DNA of 64,000 nt, taken from assembly GCA_051530055.1 (NCBI GenBank), contig CM121343.1:7442044-7506043 (forward strand), written 5' to 3'. Origin of the DNA: Neoechinorhynchus agilis. Taxonomy: Eukaryota > Animalia > Acanthocephala. A program made the position numbers and the translations under genes. The notes beneath the pieces are model-generated. The model was given only the letters and a program-made list of their open reading frames with translations, did no database searches and was not told where the DNA came from. Below are positions 13,140-24,847 of the stretch, piece by piece (the first letter of the stretch is position 1; each line of letters begins with the position of its first letter).

Positions 13140-13972
13140 CAAACATCGTCGGGTTCATCATCCGTCTGTGAGTTATTAAAAGATGCTAACAAACTAAGAT
13201 GATGAAACCCACCGTTACATCCTCACTTATCGACATTTTGAACTTTTTATTAGAAGTCTTTTATTTGGGTCTTCACCGCGTAAAGAGTTTATTAAAGACG
13301 TTCTGCGAACCTCGTCGGATGCGTCTTAAGCGTTTTTTAATACGAGCTTCGCAGAACGTCTTTAATAAACTCTTTACCGGTTGAAGACCCAAATAAAAGA
13401 CTTTTAATAAAAAGTTCAAAATTTCGATATGTGATTAGGTTAAAAGTCTTTTATTTAGCTATTCTCACCCGGTAAAGAGTTTATTAAAGACGTTCTGCGA
13501 ACTTCGTTGGCTCTTCATCAGTTTGTTAGCATCTTTTAATAACTCACAAACTGATGACGAACCCAACGAAGTTCGCAGAACGTCTTTAATAAACTCTTTA
13601 CCGGTTGAAGAGCCAAATAAAAGACTTTTAATAAAAAGTTCAAAATGTCGATATGTGATTAGGTTAAAAGTCTTTTATTTGGCTATTCTCACCCGGTAAA
13701 GAGTTTATTAAAGACGTTCTGCGAACTTCGTTGGCTCTTCATCAGCTTGTCAGCATCTTTTAATAACTCACAAACTGATGACGAACCCAACGAAGTTCGC
13801 AGAACGTCTTTAATAAACTCTTTACGGGTTGAAGACCCAAATAAAAGGCTTTTAATAAAAAGTTCAAAATGTCGATATGTGATTAGGTTAAAAGTCTTTT
13901 ATTTAGCTATTCTCACTCGGTAAAGGGTTTATTAAAGACGTTCTGCGAACCTCGTCGGCTCTTCACCATCAG
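13140..13972. repeat. 224-bp palindromic tandem repeat (about 3.3 copies plus an inverted partial), with hammerhead-like motifs on both strands
   Basis: Period 224 (13551 to 13775; 13471 to 13695 to 13919). Plus arm CTGATGA-C-GAAC..GTTC-GCAGAA-CGTC at 13551-13584. Minus arm CTGATGA-A-GAGC..GTTC-GCAGAA-CGTC at 13489-13521. Confidence 0.9.
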
Positions 13973-14175
13973 AAATGCAAACTCGTTCAACTTTTGTGTT
14001 AAATCACGAACCGTCTATTTAAAACTGACAAGTTCAGGATAAAAAATCGTGTACTCTTTTTTAACCCCCCCCAGCCCCCATTCAAGCCCACTTCTTCTAA
14101 CTACATTCGTTTTGTTGTACTCACGCGCATCACGGGCACTCGCACACGTGAGTTGTGGTTTGCGTTGTTTTTTCT

Positions 14176-14787
14176 TCAGAACTTCATTAGAGAGTGCACC
14201 GGCGTCGGTATTACGTTCAATCGTCCGTTTGCGTTCGTGAGTTCCATAATGACCAAGCATTCAATTACTTCGCATTTAAGTTTACCCACAAGGCTGAGGC
14301 ATGTCTTCATGGTTCCTCCGGTGGCTAACATGTCATCGACTATGATAACCTTCGACCCCGGTTTCATCGATTGTACCTGCATTTCCATCGTATCAGCGCT
14401 GTATTCCGTTTCGTAGCATTCGTTTATCACCTCGCCGGGTAATTTCCCTTTCTTGCGAACTGGTACAAACGGTTTCTGCAGTTGCAGAGCGAGAGGAACT
14501 CCAAATAAACATCCTCGGAGCTCAACTCCTACCACGTAGTCTATTTTTGCAAGGTCCAATTCCTGAAAAATATGCTCTTTGCATAAATCAAGCAACTCCT
14601 GAAATAGTACTGGGCACTCAAATACCGGAAATATATCCACAAAATCGACACCGGGTCTGGGAAAGTCTGAAAAACGTCGCAGCATCCCTTTGATTTTAGA
14701 CAACCGTTCATCTACCACCGGAGTCTCAACTTCTTTACCAACAGACACTTGAACCGCATTTTCCGTTGGTCCATAAGTCACAGTCAT
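14176..14787 (-). CDS. APRT: Adenine phosphoribosyltransferase
   Basis: Motifs FSDFPRPGVDFVDI, VRKKGKLPG, YETEYS and the PRPP-binding VIIVDDMLATGGT. Probable 32-nt 5'UTR intron at 14788-14819 (GTGAGT...CTGAC...TTTTTAG). Confidence 0.95.
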   Translation of the reverse strand: MTVTYGPTENAVQVSVGKEVETPVVDERLSKIKGMLRRFSDFPRPGVDFVDIFPVFECPVLFQELLDLCKEHIFQELDLAKIDYVVGVELRGCLFGVPLALQLQKPFVPVRKKGKLPGEVINECYETEYSADTMEMQVQSMKPGSKVIIVDDMLATGGTMKTCLSLVGKLKCEVIECLVIMELTNANGRLNVIPTPVHSLMKF

Positions 14788-14998
14788 CTAAAAAAAGTCT
14801 ACATGTCAGTGAAACTCACATGAACTCAAACTACATTTGATATTGAACCCGGATGTCCATCTCCAGGAACAAATTATTCTGTACACGAAAGAATACGTGA
14901 CTCCAAATGGTGACGGTCATCCGTAACGGTCACGTTCGCAAATTTTGCTCATCAACGCCCGTTTTCGGGTTTTTCGCTCTTTAATAGAACGATTTATT

Positions 14999-15135
14999 AC
15001 ACTTTCGGTGAGAATAATCCCGATTTTTTTATTTATTCGAAATATTTCGCGAGGTATCCTCGAAATAAAATATGCAATGACCGGGATTATTCTCACCGAA
15101 AGTGTAATTTTATTGTCCCGAAGGACTTTCTATCG
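14999..15135. mobile_element. Short palindromic insertion flanked by a 15-bp direct repeat
   Basis: atagaacgatttatt at 14984-14998 and 15136-15150. Internal inverted repeat cactttcggtgagaataatcccg / cgggattattctcaccgaaagtg. Confidence 0.7.
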
Positions 15136-15149
15136 ATAGAACGATTTAT

Positions 15150-16175
15150 TGTTAAGGTCTTCACCCAGTTGGGAACTTTTCTTAAAGACGTTTCGAGCCT
15201 CGTAGGGTTCATCATCAGTTTTTTTTATTAAAAGACGCTCTCGGCGAAATTCGAAACGTTTTTAATAAAAAAATATTTACCGAGTGAAGACCTAAGCAAT
15301 AATCCTAATCATCTCCTTAAAGACATTTTAATAGAAAGTTTATGATAATCCGTAGATACCCAATCATCTGGGTGATCTGCAATGAAAACGTTCGAGCTGA
15401 AATGACGATAACAATCTTTTTGTTATAATCAATCATTGAAAAATTTCGAAAAACTATGTGAGGTATCGGGATAACGGATTATATTTATTAATCTTCACCC
15501 GGTAGAGAACGTTTTCTTAAAGACGTTTCGAGCCTCGTAGGGTTCATCATCAGTTTTTTTATTAAAAGACGCTCTCGGCGAAATTCGAAACGTTTTTAAT
15601 AAAAAAATATTTACCGAGTGAAGACCTAAGCAATAATCCTAATCATCTCCTTAAAGACATTTTAATAGAAAGTTTATGATAATCCGTAGATACCCAGATC
15701 ATCTGAGTGATCTGCAATGAAAACGTTCGAGCTGAAATGACGATAACAATCTTTTTGTTATAACCAATCATTGAAAAATTTCGAAAAACTATGTGAGGTA
15801 TCGGGATAACGGATTATATTTATTAATCTTCACCCGGTTGGGAACTTTTCTTAAAGACGTTTCGAGCCTCGTAGGGTTCATCATCAGTTTTTTTATTAAA
15901 AGACGCTCTCGGCGAAATTCGAAACGTTTTTAATAAAAAAATATTTACCGAGTGAAGACCTAAGCAATAATCCTAATCATCTCCTTAAAGACATTTTAAT
16001 AGAAAGTTTATGATAATCCGTAGATACCCAGATCATCTTAGTGATCTGCAATAAAAACGTTCGAGATGAAATGACGATAACAATCTTTTTGTTATAACCA
16101 ATCAATGAAAAATTTCGAAAAACTATGTGAGGTATCGGGATAACGGATTATATTTATTAATCTTCACCCTGTTAT
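15150..16175 (-). repeat. About 335-bp tandem repeat (3 copies), one type-I hammerhead motif per unit; non-LTR retrozyme-like
   Basis: Minus-strand CTGATGA-T-GAACCCTACGAGGCTC-GAAA-CG-TC at 15187-15218, 15522-15553 and 15856-15887. Confidence 0.85.
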
Positions 16176-16859
16176 GAACTTTTTTCAAAGAGAGAACATT
16201 TAGAATTAGGAGACAAATAATGGGTCTTTGAAGTCATTTCGGAGCTAAACGTTTATTATATTTAAGGCATATGAACCGCCACGTAAATTCAATTGAAAAA
16301 GTCCACTAGCATCGCAATTCTGCTTGCACTTAATTTTTTAAACTGCATTAAAATCTAAAATCATAGTTTCCCTCCAATTTCTGCATTACTCAGATCTCCG
16401 GAATCCTTAACCGGTGTTCCTAGCTATTGTTTCCAATTGAAAATCTCTTGATAAAAACCCGAGCTTTGCATTAACTAAAAATTCGACGGACCCGAGGTTT
16501 TGTAAACTTTAAGATCTCAAGCGGCTGTTTTCGCATTGATTTTGCTAGTCTTCCTGAATTATAAAGATACGCCCAAGTCTTTTGTGATGCCAGAATTTCG
16601 AGCCGTATTAATCAACAAAAATGCTAAAATAACAGCGCATGTTTTGGGAGATGGGTATTTTACGTAACGAAACCTTGTATGATGCCTTTTACGTTCATAT
16701 TTACTTCTTTTACCTGTCTATTTATGCTGACTGTTTTTCGAAGGAAAGTCATTGCGTGAATGATGCTCGGGGCGAATAAGATGTTGCGAATTGTGACGAC
16801 AATAGGATATTTTCAAACCGAAGCGCCAGGCAGCATGGTAACACCTATTTAATTTAACT

Positions 16860-17260
16860 TTTTCAGCCCTCTCAACGGCCGGTTTTCCCGCTCGACTCGA
16901 ACCAGTCGGACTCTCCCGTCCGGGAAAATACTGGTTTGGAATTTTACCCGCCCCAACACGCTCGCAGCATCCCACTTACGGGATGCCACCTCAAAAGCGG
17001 GAGCAGTCGCCAGCTTCAGCGAGGAAAAGAAGCGGCATAAGCACTCCTCGCTCGATGGGAATCAATATATTTTCATCCCGATTGCGGTGGAAACACTGGG
17101 ATGCCACCGAAAAGAAGCCGATTATTTCCTTTCTCGGCTGGAAAAGATGCCAAAACATGCCACCGGCGATATGCGCTCTAGCAGCTTCCTACTGCAGCGA
17201 ATCAGCGCAGCGATCCAACGCGGCAATGCCGCGGCCATCAACGAAGCTGGCGAACAATCA
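16860..17260 (+). mobile_element. 3' fragment of an RLE-type (CRE-like) non-LTR retrotransposon
   Basis: Translation gives RLEPVGLSR, WNFTRPNTLAASHL, FIPIAVETLG and TGDMRSSSFLLQRISAAIQRGNAAAI*, the typical C-terminus of these elements. Confidence 0.8.
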
Positions 17261-18299
17261 TAACGTATGGGTAATGCGGATTTGATATGACTGCGAAATA
17301 AAATTCTGTAATTTTCGGAGAAAAATAAAAGCTTTTCTTTTTCAATATAATAACAAAACATTTTATTAATAAACAAGGAAGAGGAACCATGTACATTTGG
17401 GTCCTCACGAAGACTCGATTTTTGTCACTATAAATGAATGTGACTGTTGATTTTGGAGTGGAATATCCGGTCAAGTGGGAACGTTTGTGGTTATTGTTTG
17501 TAAAGTTAGGTCGTTAAAGCTTTTTTAGCCAAGGGGAGAACGATGCCTCTTCTTCGTGGACGGTTGTGATTGTTTAAACTTTTTGTTGTGTGTGTAACAA
17601 AAAGTGTATAAAATAAACTCATAGAACCGTTCAAATAAATGAATACTATTGATTTTACTCTAGGTGATTTCAATGGGCCAAACATCAGATAACAATTCCC
17701 TTTTACGTGTATAATTTCTTCCTTTAAATGATCATATTACAATAAATTTATCAAGATCGTCTTTTATACTCATTACTCGCAAAGATAACCACAAAAACGT
17801 TCTCATCAGACTAAATAAATGCTATCCTGTTTGTGCGTACAAAAGAATAAAAGTAATTTTAACTTAAATTGCCCTTTTGAAAGGAAAAACACTGTGAAAT
17901 TAAGGACTTCTTAAAGATGAACACCAATCAATATTGTATAACAACACATTTTCTTCTTCAAAAAAATCGATTTTACTCTATATTATTTTTGTCGTCTTAT
18001 CGATGGCCAAAACTCTAGGTCGAGCATAAGTCCACATCGCAAAGCATTCCAATGGAATTAAGGCGGCTTAATCGTACGAATGCTTCACCGACCGTCCTTG
18101 TTCATTTTAGACTGTATTTGACAATTTTGTACCATTACTTTAGGTTCAAAATGATCTCATTTGAACGTTTCTAAGTTCTCGGAAAATCGAAAAATCATTT
18201 TTCATCTTTCTTAGTCCGGGAAACTATCGCTTTCTGAACTCATTAATTTGAATAAAGCCTGGAGGCAAAAGCGATACTATTTCAGATACTATTTAATTT

Positions 18300-19275
18300 A
18301 CAGAACTGCATGACGCAAAATCATTCACGAATCTTTCTGTTTTTAAGTCAATTATCCGGATATTTTTGTCAGATACATGAACTTTAAGTACGTTTTCTAA
18401 CCACAAAATTCTTAAAGGTTGCTTCGTCCCTATGAAAAAGGAAATTCTTGATTTGGTAAAGCTCTGCGTGGGACATCAAATCAGCTTATTGTCAAGTAAG
18501 ATTCTGTTATGGCTTCAAATTCGAAAAGAAAGCGAAACGTCTTGAACACAGAAACAAAAACTTGAAATATCGAATCGTATTGAGAAGGTGGAACGTCTCT
18601 AGCACAGTTTTATGAAGTCGGAAATTCAACGATGTCTGACAATTAGCGAGGAAAAGTATAAATGATTATTTTCAACAATAGTGCTAACATTATGCAATTC
18701 CATGTCAAATTTGCTTTTTATACCACTTCTCCGCATGTTAACAACTTTGATATTTGTAGTCAAGCTTTAAAAAATGGATACATCACATTGGGTTTTCTAT
18801 TATCAGAAAAAATCTCGTATCCAAATGGTGTCCGGTCCCAATTAATTCGCGGATAAACGACGTTCTAATGAATTTTATTTCAGAACAAAAATCTCCATTT
18901 GAGATATTATAATGAAATCTTTTCCGATGCTGTCAAGGAAAACAAACCGAGAGCACGTTTTTGTGGAAAATTGTTTTTCATTCAATGGAACAGCAATTAT
19001 CCGAACCGTCAATTTTATCCGCAATACTTTCCTACTTAACTTCTGTTGCTAGAAGAGAATGAGAGATTTTACAAAAAAAAGGTTTGCAATGATACAGAGA
19101 AAAATGAGTGATTTCTTTTTGTACCACTTCCTCCGCATGATAGGAACTTTGATATCTGGGGTCCAGCTTTTAAAAAACTGGATACATCACATTAGGTTTT
19201 CGGTTACCCGAAAGCTCTCTTATCCGAATAGTGTCCGGTCCCAATTAATTCGCGGATAAACGACGTTCTACTGTA
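18300..19275 (+). mobile_element. Tigger/pogo-like DNA transposon remnant
   Basis: ATG at 18509 gives MASNSKRKRNVLN..(frameshift)LEISNRIEK, an HTH-psq-like start. The right end ...ggataaacgacgttctactg-TA (19273-19275) resembles a Tigger TIR. Segment 18715-18870 is duplicated at 19120-19273. Confidence 0.6.
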
Positions 19276-19319
19276 ATTAGCGCTTTAAATATCCTTTATT
19301 TTACGTTTGTTCATGGTGG

Positions 19320-19470
19320 ACAGCTGAAGGAATTTTATTAAGTCCGATATTTCGGCACAATCTTGTGCCTTTATCAATGTACGTCAAGTGCGGTTTGAAC
19401 GTTTTTACAACTTTGATAAACGCTTCCGAAATATCGGATTTAATAAAATTCCTTTAATTTTCCCACCATA
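19320..19470. repeat. Palindromic element with divergent hammerhead-like arms (U3:A8 core)
   Basis: Minus strand TTGATAA-A-GGCACA-agat-TGTGCC-GAAA-TA-TC at 19346-19377. Plus strand TTGATAA-A-cgcttcc-GAAA-TA-TC at 19413-19435, with helix II eroded. Confidence 0.65.
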
Positions 19471-22400
19471 AACAAGCATGAATAATTCAATCACCTTTAT
19501 ATTTAATGAATGCATTACCAAAATCAAATAAGATATTGATTTTAGGACACAACATATTTGCATGAGCGAAATATGACTATATATTTTTTATCCCGAAGAC
19601 TTTGAACTTCAACATTTTTTCTTTTAAAAAAATGGCATCTATTCTAATTTTTATTCTTCAATAACCAACTAATGATTGCATTATAAAAATCTGACAAGAT
19701 TTTTGTAGTGATCATTAAGATATTTTTGACAATGAATATGTTTTCATCGCCGAAATCTTAAAACGTTCAGTGTGGCATCGCTACAAATATCCATTCTCTA
19801 AACGAGACAATATTCGCATATTATCAAAATGGGACAAATACTTGATGTTTTGGATTATTATCTTTGGGGGAAAAGATACTTTATTTTAATAGTTTTACCA
19901 CCCCGGATTTAATTTTACTAATTCCCCGATATTTCGTCGGATAATTCCGACATTTTCTTAAGGTTTGTCATTGCTTGTAAGTTTTTAAATATGTGAAATA
20001 ATGCTGGCAAAGTTACCAAAAGAAAGTAAATACTTAATGTTTACCGTAAGGAATCGTTTTCGAATTAAATACGTTTGCATTTGCTAAGGACACGCTCCAA
20101 ATTTTTTTATTTTACTTCTAATCAATGTTAGTATGAATGAAAACTAAATATACATTTATTAGTTGCTTTGAAAATTTTTTGGACTTGAACATTTCTACTT
20201 TTAATAAGGCTCCAATTCAAATATCCATTCGTATATGTCTAATGAAACATCGTATTACCAAAATCTGACGAGATATTGAATGGGGTTTATCGAGAAATTT
20301 CTATTTAACTTATTTTTTTACTTTTATTTGCTCAAGAAAATCTGACTATAAATTCTTTTATTCCCTTTTGTTATTTTAATCGAATAAATACTATTCACCT
20401 TCAAGAATGGTTTTTGAACTTAAAGGTTTTTACATTAACCGAGGTAACAATCTAAATGCCCGTTCTTGAATATTCAAAGAATGCCACTCAAAAGCTTTTA
20501 TTGTCATGTAAATTTTTCCTCTTGGCCATTGCAATCAAATTGACTCGTTGGTAATGGCATGAAAGAGAACAATAAGATTTTTCTATATTTTATTCGTTTG
20601 ATAAAATAATTTTCAATTCATGAATATCCTTTGCAAATTGTTTTTAAGTGACTTTTAGATTCAGTGTATTTTTGTAGCAGGTTTATTGCATCCTTGCATT
20701 GCAGTGATTTAGATTCTGGGAGTTTAATACTTCTTAGATGTGATCATAAAGGCGAGAATGGCTAACTGATTCGTTCGATTGATTCCGTGTTTAATGAATT
20801 AGTTGGAATATTTTTGGCTTAAACACAAGAGTTCTTTGAGAGCAAAATTCTGCGACCTTTTTTATAAATTGAGACATTCCCTGATCTGCAAAGACTTCGT
20901 CTTTACAGATACCCAGAACAATTGACTTAACGCTGCGCGGAATTAAATTTGAAGACTGTATATAATTAGGTATAAACGAACGCTGCATTCAAACAAAATT
21001 AATCATTTAGACAGCGCTAAGCGCGATTGTGTACCTAAGCATTATTTGTAAAATTTAGCTTTCGTTTAAATCTCGATTGTTTTTGTGCACTGCTTTTCGA
21101 TATCGATATAAATATTTATTGATCATTGTACGCATCGAAATCATGCGCAAACTAATGGGATTGTAACGCATCGCTACTTTATACTACTTGATCTTTGTGT
21201 CACATTAATATTAGTTTTTTTTGTTCTTTTACCCTCGAGGTCAGTACTTATTTTGTAACGCATGTTTTAAAAACGTCCGTGAACTTTTCCAAGTCGGTTT
21301 TGTAAATTAGTAGCGACAAATGCAGTTAGTTGATTAAAGTACTATTAAAGAATTGCATCAGTTTAGCTTGACATGTAATTTCCCTAGGATAAAAATGAAA
21401 ATTGAAGCGCTTTCATTTCAAGGGGAAAATGTCTCAATTCCTTGACTGGATTTATTCCACGGTTTCAACATAGCAAAGACTTTTATGTTTCCCACACATG
21501 AAGCTTTTCTCGTTGAATAACTCCTTACGCGGTCTAGCATACCGATGTAGTCCGTGTAGTAGACTAGGAAGCACGGCTTTATAATCGTGGTCTACCCATA
21601 GCAAATATGAATTGCAATTTTACCGATAGTGCACTGCTTCGCGCCTAAAACTACCATTTTTCGTTCGAGGGTATCACATTGCGAGAAGCAACAATGTTTG
21701 TCCAACCAATTAAAAAAAGTTTAAATATGCCGACAGCCATTAGGGTTTTTTACGAAAAACCTCTTAGGGTTCTAACGATTTTTTAGGAATAATCCACGAA
21801 GAAATGCACTCGAAAACAATTTGACTTTTCATAACGTTGATTTGGACGGTGTGAAAAATCTTGACTTATTCGCAATTGGGTGTAAGAACTGGTTGGTCGG
21901 ATCCACATTCTTCATGTCCGTTGCTTTGGTACAAGTGTTTATCGTTTCATTGCACGATGCCGCCCGAATCCATTTAAGTCGCGGAGCAGTGTGGCACCCC
22001 AGCGGATTATGCAACATCGTTTTAAATTGGAAATAAAGAGTTAGTAGGCGAGAAACGATGACTGCTTGTCGCGTGCAAGGTTTGAGGGAATAGCTCTTGC
22101 TGCTGCTGCTGCGAGCACTAGGTGCATGCAGCGTATATTTATGTATTTTCGCAGTCGCTAGGACGGATATTCATCTCGTTTTTTTTAAAGTGGTTCGTAC
22201 CGTGCTTTAAGTACAAACCCCGACTGCTTCGAACAGCGTTTTGCTTTAATAAGCCTATCAGCTGACAAGAAGACTACGATGTATGGGTGTAATGGGCATA
22301 AACGGTTGCTGTTGCCGCTGTTGCAACTCCAGCTGTCCGGATTACTTTACCCGCACACACACACAATGTAGAAGAGTTACAAAAAGAGTTGTCGAATGTC

Positions 22401-24847
22401 TCTACGCCAAATTGTCTCTCAATGCAAATCGCATTGTCTCGACATGCTGCTGCTTTTCGGGTGGCTCAGAAATAAGCTAATGTGCCGATTTCTTCGTTTT
22501 TACACGACCAGTTGTCCTTTATTCTAGTTCACAGACAGGTCTCGGTACTGACTTGCAAGGACGCCCACCAATTAGTGTTATTCGTAAGGATTTTGACCTT
22601 GAGCGAAGCGATGCACTTTCCTCGTGCCACTGAAAAGCGTTCATCACATGAAAAGCGCATTATCGATATCTCTACGTCGCCTACAACCACCCCTACTTGT
22701 CTCTTTTCTTACACAAAGACAATATATTTATGTAATGAAAACCCGTCTCAAAAAAGAAGGCCTATACGCCTTATTTGTACTGCGTGAAAAGTGCCTATGA
22801 ACGGTGCGGAAGCTCAAAGCCCTTCCAGTCCCTTTTTAGAAGACAGTTCGCTGCAACCATATAGATACGAATATTTTCCCGGCGCATCTAATGAGCAGTG
22901 AATATTTAAAGGATCAAACGAAACGCAAGAGGAGTAGAAATTAGATCAGTTTTACTTGTAGGTCCTAGCAAGTTATTCCATCCGTTAACTGCCTATATTG
23001 CAGAACTAAAACAACAACAACAACAACAGCGATCATTCGCAAACTTTTTACGGTTAATTATTTTCACAAACCAAAAGGAAACGGAGGCAACTCGTCATTT
23101 AAAGGTCAGTCTAAAGATTAAGACAAACCCACGTAAATGCTTTGGCCATTGTAACTTTCTACAAGATTCAAGTGAAGATGTTAAATCGCGGACTCGTTTG
23201 GGTTTATATAAGATGATTGTTGTTTATACATCAGGTCTTTACGAAACCTAATGAACCACAACGCGAACTTTCTTGTATGTCCGACACTGTCTGGTACGTT
23301 CTTGCAATCAGCGGAAAGCCCCTTCGTTTGTGTCCTGTCTGGATCACTACTAGTCGGACACGAGAGAGGAAAAGAACAATAGAATGCTTAGGAAGCCTGT
23401 GGCAAGAAATGGGGTTTCGTGCTGCAATGATGGTGGTTACCACCACCACCCCTACCCTTCCATTACCGATGCAGTCTCCATTTCTTAAAATATCAGCACA
23501 TGCCGTCGCGATTTTTTCTCATAATGCTTGTAACCGTGGCAGAGGAGAGAGAGAGCGATGAAGGTTTTATATAGTTTTCTCAAATTTTTTGCTGGACTCA
23601 ATGTGTTTCCTTATCAATGTTCATTGTGGATTTGTTCTCGTTTTGTCCCTTAAATGAGGATTTCTTAAGATATACACGCACATTGGGTAAATCCGCGGCA
23701 CATCAGTGTCATAGAGAACAACAGAATGCCACCATTAATACTGGCTGTACTAAGCACACACACACACAAGCGGTGTGGAATTCGGAGTTTCAGCGACACT
23801 TTTCCTGTGCAGTTTTGTTACCGAGCGCGCGAGCGCACCTATATGCATATTAGTTCCATACTTATCTCGCATAAAAATAGATATATTTTATAGACACCTA
23901 AGCTTATCACTTCTCTCTCTCATCCGTTTATTTGTTTAGAGAGCGTTTTCTTGAAGTCAAAAGACTCCGAATTCCACGATTCCGTCTACTTTGGGTTCCC
24001 CCCCTCCCGCCGCCGCCGCCTATAACCTGCCTATGAATTCCACGATTCCGTCTACTTTTGGGTTTTCTTTGTCGTACTTTCCCCCCGCCCTTCCCGCTGC
24101 CGATAACCTGCTACAGAATGGCGGCTGATCAGCAGCAGCCAAGCGAACCGGAGCCATGAGGTAACTTTGGAATCAGAGCGCCATTAAACCGGTTTCGGTA
24201 GGTGTGCTCTCCCTTTCCCCACCGCTGTCGATTCGAATCTATGATCTACTACTACAGCTTATGACTCTCTCTCGCTCTCTGTTGTACCACCACCACCATC
24301 ATTACATTTGTACGCGCATGTGAAATACTACCATCGCCGGGTATCGATTTTCCCAGTGCGTTAAAGCACTTGCTATATAGAGGCTCCCTCCCTCCGTCTC
24401 TCTCTCGCTGGTGCTAGTGTTGTTGTTCTACTTATTGTCAAAAGGGTCTAAAAAAAAAGTGTGCACGCATACGCACACGCTCGGGGTCTTCTTTTTCTTC
24501 ATCCACTTGCCGTTCTCGAAGCCTTCTATAAGGACGTTACAGCATAGTGCCCGGATACACAAGTCTTCTCATTGTACCACGACGACCTTTGGACTTCGCT
24601 CCAAATCGCGAACATCAGAACACGCTGTCTCTAACACACCCACGACCAAACTTTTCTCTTCAATTGCTCTACACACACACGTCTACCTCTGAACTCTGCA
24701 CTCACTCATTCACTCACAGCTAGGCACAAAACCAACCACCACGACCACCACCAACGCCAATATCATCTTCCTCACAAGTGAACTGTGGTAGTGATGGGAA
24801 AAAGATGTGGCAGAGACACGAACCAATTCGTGAACAATGCTATTACA

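Noticed and set aside
20265-20300. CTGACGA-GATA..TATC-GAGAAA motif
   Set aside because: Altered core, no palindromic helix III and no helix I; too weak to call.
20791-23853. Short ORFs between the Tigger remnant and the LRR gene
   Set aside because: No recognisable domains; they overlap microsatellite-rich sequence on both strands and no consistent exon chain was found.
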